From Octopus bimaculoides (taxonomy: Eukaryota): 33,988 bases of DNA. Positions 33,190 to 33,988 of the stretch are shown one piece after another. The notes under the pieces were generated by a model that was given only the letters and a program-made list of their open reading frames with translations, was not told where the DNA came from and ran no database searches. The position numbers and the translations under genes are program-made. How positions within the stretch are numbered: the stretch's first letter is position 1; the number at the start of each line of letters is the position of its first letter. The DNA is taken from NCBI RefSeq assembly GCF_001194135.2, contig NC_068984.1, forward strand, positions 92,218,883-92,252,870, given 5' to 3'.

Positions 33190-33790
33190 GTGCAGTCTTT
33201 CTTGGGTCTATGACCAGTATCTCACATCACACTTCGAAAGCTATTCATTTTCAATCCAAAAACAAAAGATTATTACAAAGTACTTCATAAACAAAAGAGA
33301 TTGTGGAGCTTTTGAAGTTCAATTTACAACCGAAAATGTCGATGTTGTCACATATCGGTGGAAAACGTTTTACATGTGATCAGCAGCTGCCCCAAAATGT
33401 CCCTAAGATACTACCTCTCAATGCTGGACTGTTGGTAAAACAATATACAATGATTTACCATTCACATCAAAACTTTTACCAAATGCAAACAAAACAATCA
33501 GATATTGTTGTTTAGAATGTGCCGTCATTAAGTTCAACCGTCCAGGTGATATTAATACCTCTTCGAAAATGAAAGAGAAAGAGAATAATTATGGACACCT
33601 GCTTCGAATTCTTCAGATTATAAAGTCACGTATATACCAATAATAATTAGTCCACTTGCTTTGTGAGTAAATGTCTAAGTGACAATATGGAAAAGTTAGG
33701 AGATTCAGAAAAAGAAATCAATCAACTAACTCGCACATTACAGATACCATCTGTAAGTAGAACAGTAAAAGTATGAAAGACTTCTCTCGA
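33190..33790 (+). mobile_element. 3' fragment of another REL-type non-LTR retrotransposon (CCHC knuckle plus REL)
   Basis: Reads LTSHFESYSFSIQKQKIITKY, RKCRCCHISVENVLHVISSCPKMSLRYY, PGDINTSSKMKEKENNYGHL, YIPIIISPL and LQIPSVSRTVKV. It is distinct in sequence from the Dong copies. Clade not resolved. Confidence 0.72.
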
Positions 33791-33919
33791 GTTCAAAATA
33801 TAACATTGCTTTTCTTATCTATATTCCGTCAATGGGGCATTGCATTATGGTTAGTAACCAGCTCCCCTCTTTACAGGATGACTTCAAATAATTAAAAACA
33901 GAAGAGAAGATACAGATAT

Positions 33920-33949
33920 GCGAATGTGTGTATATGTGTGTGTGTATAT

Positions 33950-33988
<39 letters not shown>
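33920..33988. repeat. (TG)/(TA)n microsatellite at the window end
   Basis: Directly visible. Confidence 0.95.

Overview
AT-rich, microsatellite-dense eukaryotic draft-assembly sequence with 10 N-gaps. The SINE families and repeat landscape look like a coleoid cephalopod (Octopus-like), which is my inference from recall rather than a database hit. No rRNA, true tRNA or CRISPR features were seen. The backbone is the 3' part of one + strand, intron-rich gene for a multi-VWA (von Willebrand A) protein of the collagen VI/matrilin-like extracellular type. Proposed exons: 1362-1797, a 24-nt micro-exon present twice (6505-6528 and 7685-7708), 8531-8679 (intact MIDAS DSSTS), 17582-18014, 18926-18976, possibly 24305-24331, and a terminal exon 25297-25772 encoding a degenerate VWA-like domain. 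All splice phases are compatible. The introns and 3' flank hold decayed mobile elements: R4/Dong-type and CRE-type REL non-LTR retrotransposons, a Chapaev3-like transposon inserted exactly into a Dong RT motif, a mariner remnant, RTE LINE pieces, three MITE/foldback elements, tRNA-derived SINEs, and a Penelope-like GIY-YIG 3' end followed by a type I hammerhead ribozyme motif. The strongest leads are the hammerhead, the duplicated micro-exon whose history is ordered by a MITE with an empty paralogous site, a recursive-splice-like AG|GTAAGA junction at a VWA exon, and patchy homogenisation between the two paralogous VWA exons. All translations, alignments and counts were done by eye.
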